DNA of 64,000 bases from Antedon mediterranea (Eukaryota > Animalia > Echinodermata): contig NC_092670.1 of assembly GCF_964355755.1 (NCBI RefSeq), positions 35,142,388 through 35,206,387 of the forward strand. The letters run 5' to 3'. The notes below the pieces were generated by a model. That model searched no databases, was not told the DNA's origin, and saw nothing but the letters and a program-made list of their open reading frames with translations. Both the position numbers and the translations under genes were made by a program. Below are positions 61,244 through 64,000 of the stretch, piece after piece (positions within the stretch are counted from its first letter, which is position 1; each line of letters begins with the position of its first letter).

Positions 61244-63213
61244 GTAGGCTACTTTTCACTCTGAGATGATGCAGATACAAAGAGCTTACTTTAAGCTGGC
61301 TGGGTGCCAACATGTTAAGGATGCATAGTTGCCAAGATCTTAGTTTTAATGCTAATATCCAAAAGTGTAAAAAGATGATTGCATGATTGAAACTACAGAT
61401 CTATTATTTTTGGAGTTGTGGCTTGGTGATTATGATGCTTGGCTACCACTCCAAAGGTCCTGGGTTCAAGTCCCGTCACATGTCAGGTTTTTTTCAAATT
61501 TACAACTCCACTCCCAAAGACTTAATTTATGTAGAGCATCTTGTGTATATGTTTGTTTTGTGAACAGGATTGCCACCTTTAAGAAGAATAGTTAATGAGT
61601 TCGCTTATGGTTATCCTCATTATGCCTCAATAATGAACAAAACAATGTGGATGCAAAGGTTTATAGTTTATAAAATAGAAATTTCAAACCCGCAGCTCCT
61701 CTTTAAAATATATACATTATGTTTGTCTTGTGAACCTCTGAGGATCCCTAATGATCAGCATTTTCTGGATGGATCAACCTCATCAAACAGGGAACATTTT
61801 CGCCAGTGTAGCATAGCAAAAAGCTATACAAAACAACCTTATTGCTATACATTTCTAAAATTGTGTAGCAAAAAATACAATACAAAACTATGTTTCTCGA
61901 CTTAAAAATCAGTTTGATTAGCAATATTGCCCAAAAAAATTTTTTAATGAAATTTTTCCCTGTTAAAATATTTTGTTTTCATTTTTACTTGGTATGCATA
62001 AAATGAAGGAAGCTATCGGTACAATGAACTGTGCATGTAACTAGTCTATAGGCACAGTTGACCATGCATGTAAATGAGTCTCTTATATCGTCACAGTTGA
62101 CTGTGCTTATAGTCAATAATGTGGTAGCTGTTTTCTACCATTCTGCCTTGTTGTCAATGTTGACCATACTGATAAAAAATAATAAATTACATGCATGGTT
62201 GACCATGCTGATAATAGCCACTTCCAAAAACCAAAAATAAGGCCTTTATTCCACCCAGTTTCAATTTTTCATATTTTAACCACCAGTTGTGTTTTATTTG
62301 AATTCTAGAGTGATGCTGAGCACGACTGGTATTGTATTGAGTGCCACAAGGCCGGGGAAGTGGTGTGCTGCACCAGTTGTCATAGGGTATGTCACATTGA
62401 GTGTATAGCCGAGGAAGATCAGGGCAAGCAAGAATGGACTTGTTTGGTGTGTCAAGTAAGTTTACAGTAATAATATTGATAATTTCAAACTAACTGTATT
62501 GAGTATAAAGCGTCGTTCGCACCTGCTCCGTCTTCGGCAAATAAAGTCAAACTTCAATGGTCTGTTTCACGACGCTCCAATGTGTCAATCGATATGATAG
62601 TAGCCGTGTGGTATATAGGACATCCTCTGTTGCTCTCTAAATTTTACCAATTATTTTACTCAGTTTTTTATAGCTTGATTCGTTCGCTAACATTTTTTTT
62701 TTCTAATTTGATTTATCAGCATGTAATATTTAATGTATAAGTGTGTTATTAAAAATCAGTGTAGCTGTACAGTAAATGATTTATTTGTTTATTTGATTCA
62801 TTATTCCATGGAGATCTCCATGATTATACTAACTATTGTTATTACCATGATTATTTAAATATTCTTAGTTTTTATGATCACTATTTGGATAATACTAACT
62901 ACCAGCCACGATCAATTAGCGAGTTCATGACCTATGCGACCTGATTGAGAAATTGGTCACAACAATCAATTGCTGCTCTAACATAGCCTAATGAATAAAG
63001 GAGGACAGATTAAAATATATGTATCAAAGGTGCAGATTTTGGTCATGCTGTTTAGGATTAGATAGATTTTGGGTTTGTGCAAAGAATAGTATATATTTTG
63101 AAAAACAATCTTTCTCTTGATTTTTGCAGGGAGGAACAAAATGTAAGCTGGGATTGACTACAACGGAAATTAGAGAAATTATATCACATGTATTGGCAAG
63201 GATGAAAGAAAAG
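60965..63213 (+). CDS. ZMYND11: Zinc finger MYND domain protein 11 (BS69), 5' part; exons 60965-61243, 62309-62455, 63130-63213; continues past the window
   Basis: RQADPKAVQVLWEAI...QKQVANLDRI...KGSRIGVEQDGFW (SAMD1-like winged helix), PHD finger HDWYCIECHKAGEVVCCTSCHRVCHIEC...WTCLVC, then RMKEK at the bromodomain start; phase 0 GT-AG introns. Confidence 0.93.
62309..62455 (+). CDS. ZMYND11: ZMYND11 PHD finger exon
   Basis: C4HC3 pattern, TTCTAG acceptor, GTAAGT donor, 49 codons. Confidence 0.93.
63130..63213 (+). CDS. ZMYND11: ZMYND11 exon (start of bromodomain)
   Basis: GGTKCKLGLTTTEIREIISHVLARMKEK; TTTGCAG acceptor, GTAGTA donor. Confidence 0.88.
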
Positions 63214-63550
63214 GTAGTAATTAAGTTAAATATTTCATTTCTTTACATTTGCCATAAAAAAAAATTACAAAAATACATAATCTGAGAAGGTGAGGAATGT
63301 TTAAGATCAAACTTGGACCCTCAAGCCGGTCCCTTTGTTTTCTGCGTAGGAACCTGATAGCTTGTCAGATCCAAAAGCTCATTGTTTGTCTGCAAAACAT
63401 TGGCCTAAAAGACAATCTAGGCTAAGTTTACGGCTTTTGTTCTCAGCGGGTGAAGTCAATTATTGCAGGCAATGATTGTACACTGCATGATACTGGGGAG
63501 GTCTTTAGTTTGCCCTGCATCATCAAAACTATTTATTATTAGTTATTATG

Positions 63551-63850
63551 CGAGTTAGTGGCCAAGCAGGTTAATACAGTGGAAGCGTAATTGTGTAGCC
63601 ATAACATCAGCTACAGTTTGAGGCTCACTCGCTCCATGGTTCTGGTGGTAAAACAAGTCTTCTCGGATAAGGACTATAAACCGTAGGTCCAGTGTACAAA
63701 TCTAGCTCATGTGCACTTTAAAGAACCTAGTACATCTTTTAAGACGAGTAAGGATTACCCCGGTGTACTAATACACATACAGCCACTGATCATAACTGGG
63801 CCCTCTGGGAGACCAGTCTTTGACTGTATTGGTTACCCAGTTACTATAAA
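63551..63850 (+). mobile_element. Same SINE family copy in a ZMYND11 intron
   Basis: Near-identical body to the 16803 copy. Confidence 0.8.
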
Positions 63851-64000
63851 TAAAATAAAAAATAACAAATATGTTACAGTAGGCATTATAGGCCACAGCA
63901 CTCACTTGCACTTCTGAATTTTTAGTTGTGTTATTGACTCTAGGTCAATCTACTACAATTCAATCAAATTGAAATTGTCATGTGAACTTAAATTTGGTAC

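Overview
AT-rich, intron-containing animal DNA, probably an invertebrate deuterostome (inferred from gene similarity and a Deu/Nin-type SINE). Four protein-coding genes can be spliced by hand. KLHL10 (minus, 5 exons, 18781-22749, about 658 aa) sits head-to-head with BOULE/BOLL (plus, 11 coding exons, 25970-47012, two possible last-exon acceptors). A secreted collagen-C1q gene (minus, 54207-55178) is followed by the divergently oriented 5' part of ZMYND11 (plus, from 60965, running off the window). The rest is dense with repeats: MITEs and larger TIR elements, LINE fragments, SINEs and five tandem arrays. The most unusual items are (1) a Helentron/HINE-like element carrying a tandem pair of tRNA-Val(AAC) genes, present at two loci; (2) two minimal type I hammerhead ribozymes in Penelope-like insertions; (3) a divergent pair of spermatogenesis genes with a clean hAT insertion between them. 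All annotation was done by eye with no database searches; comparisons to human proteins are from memory.
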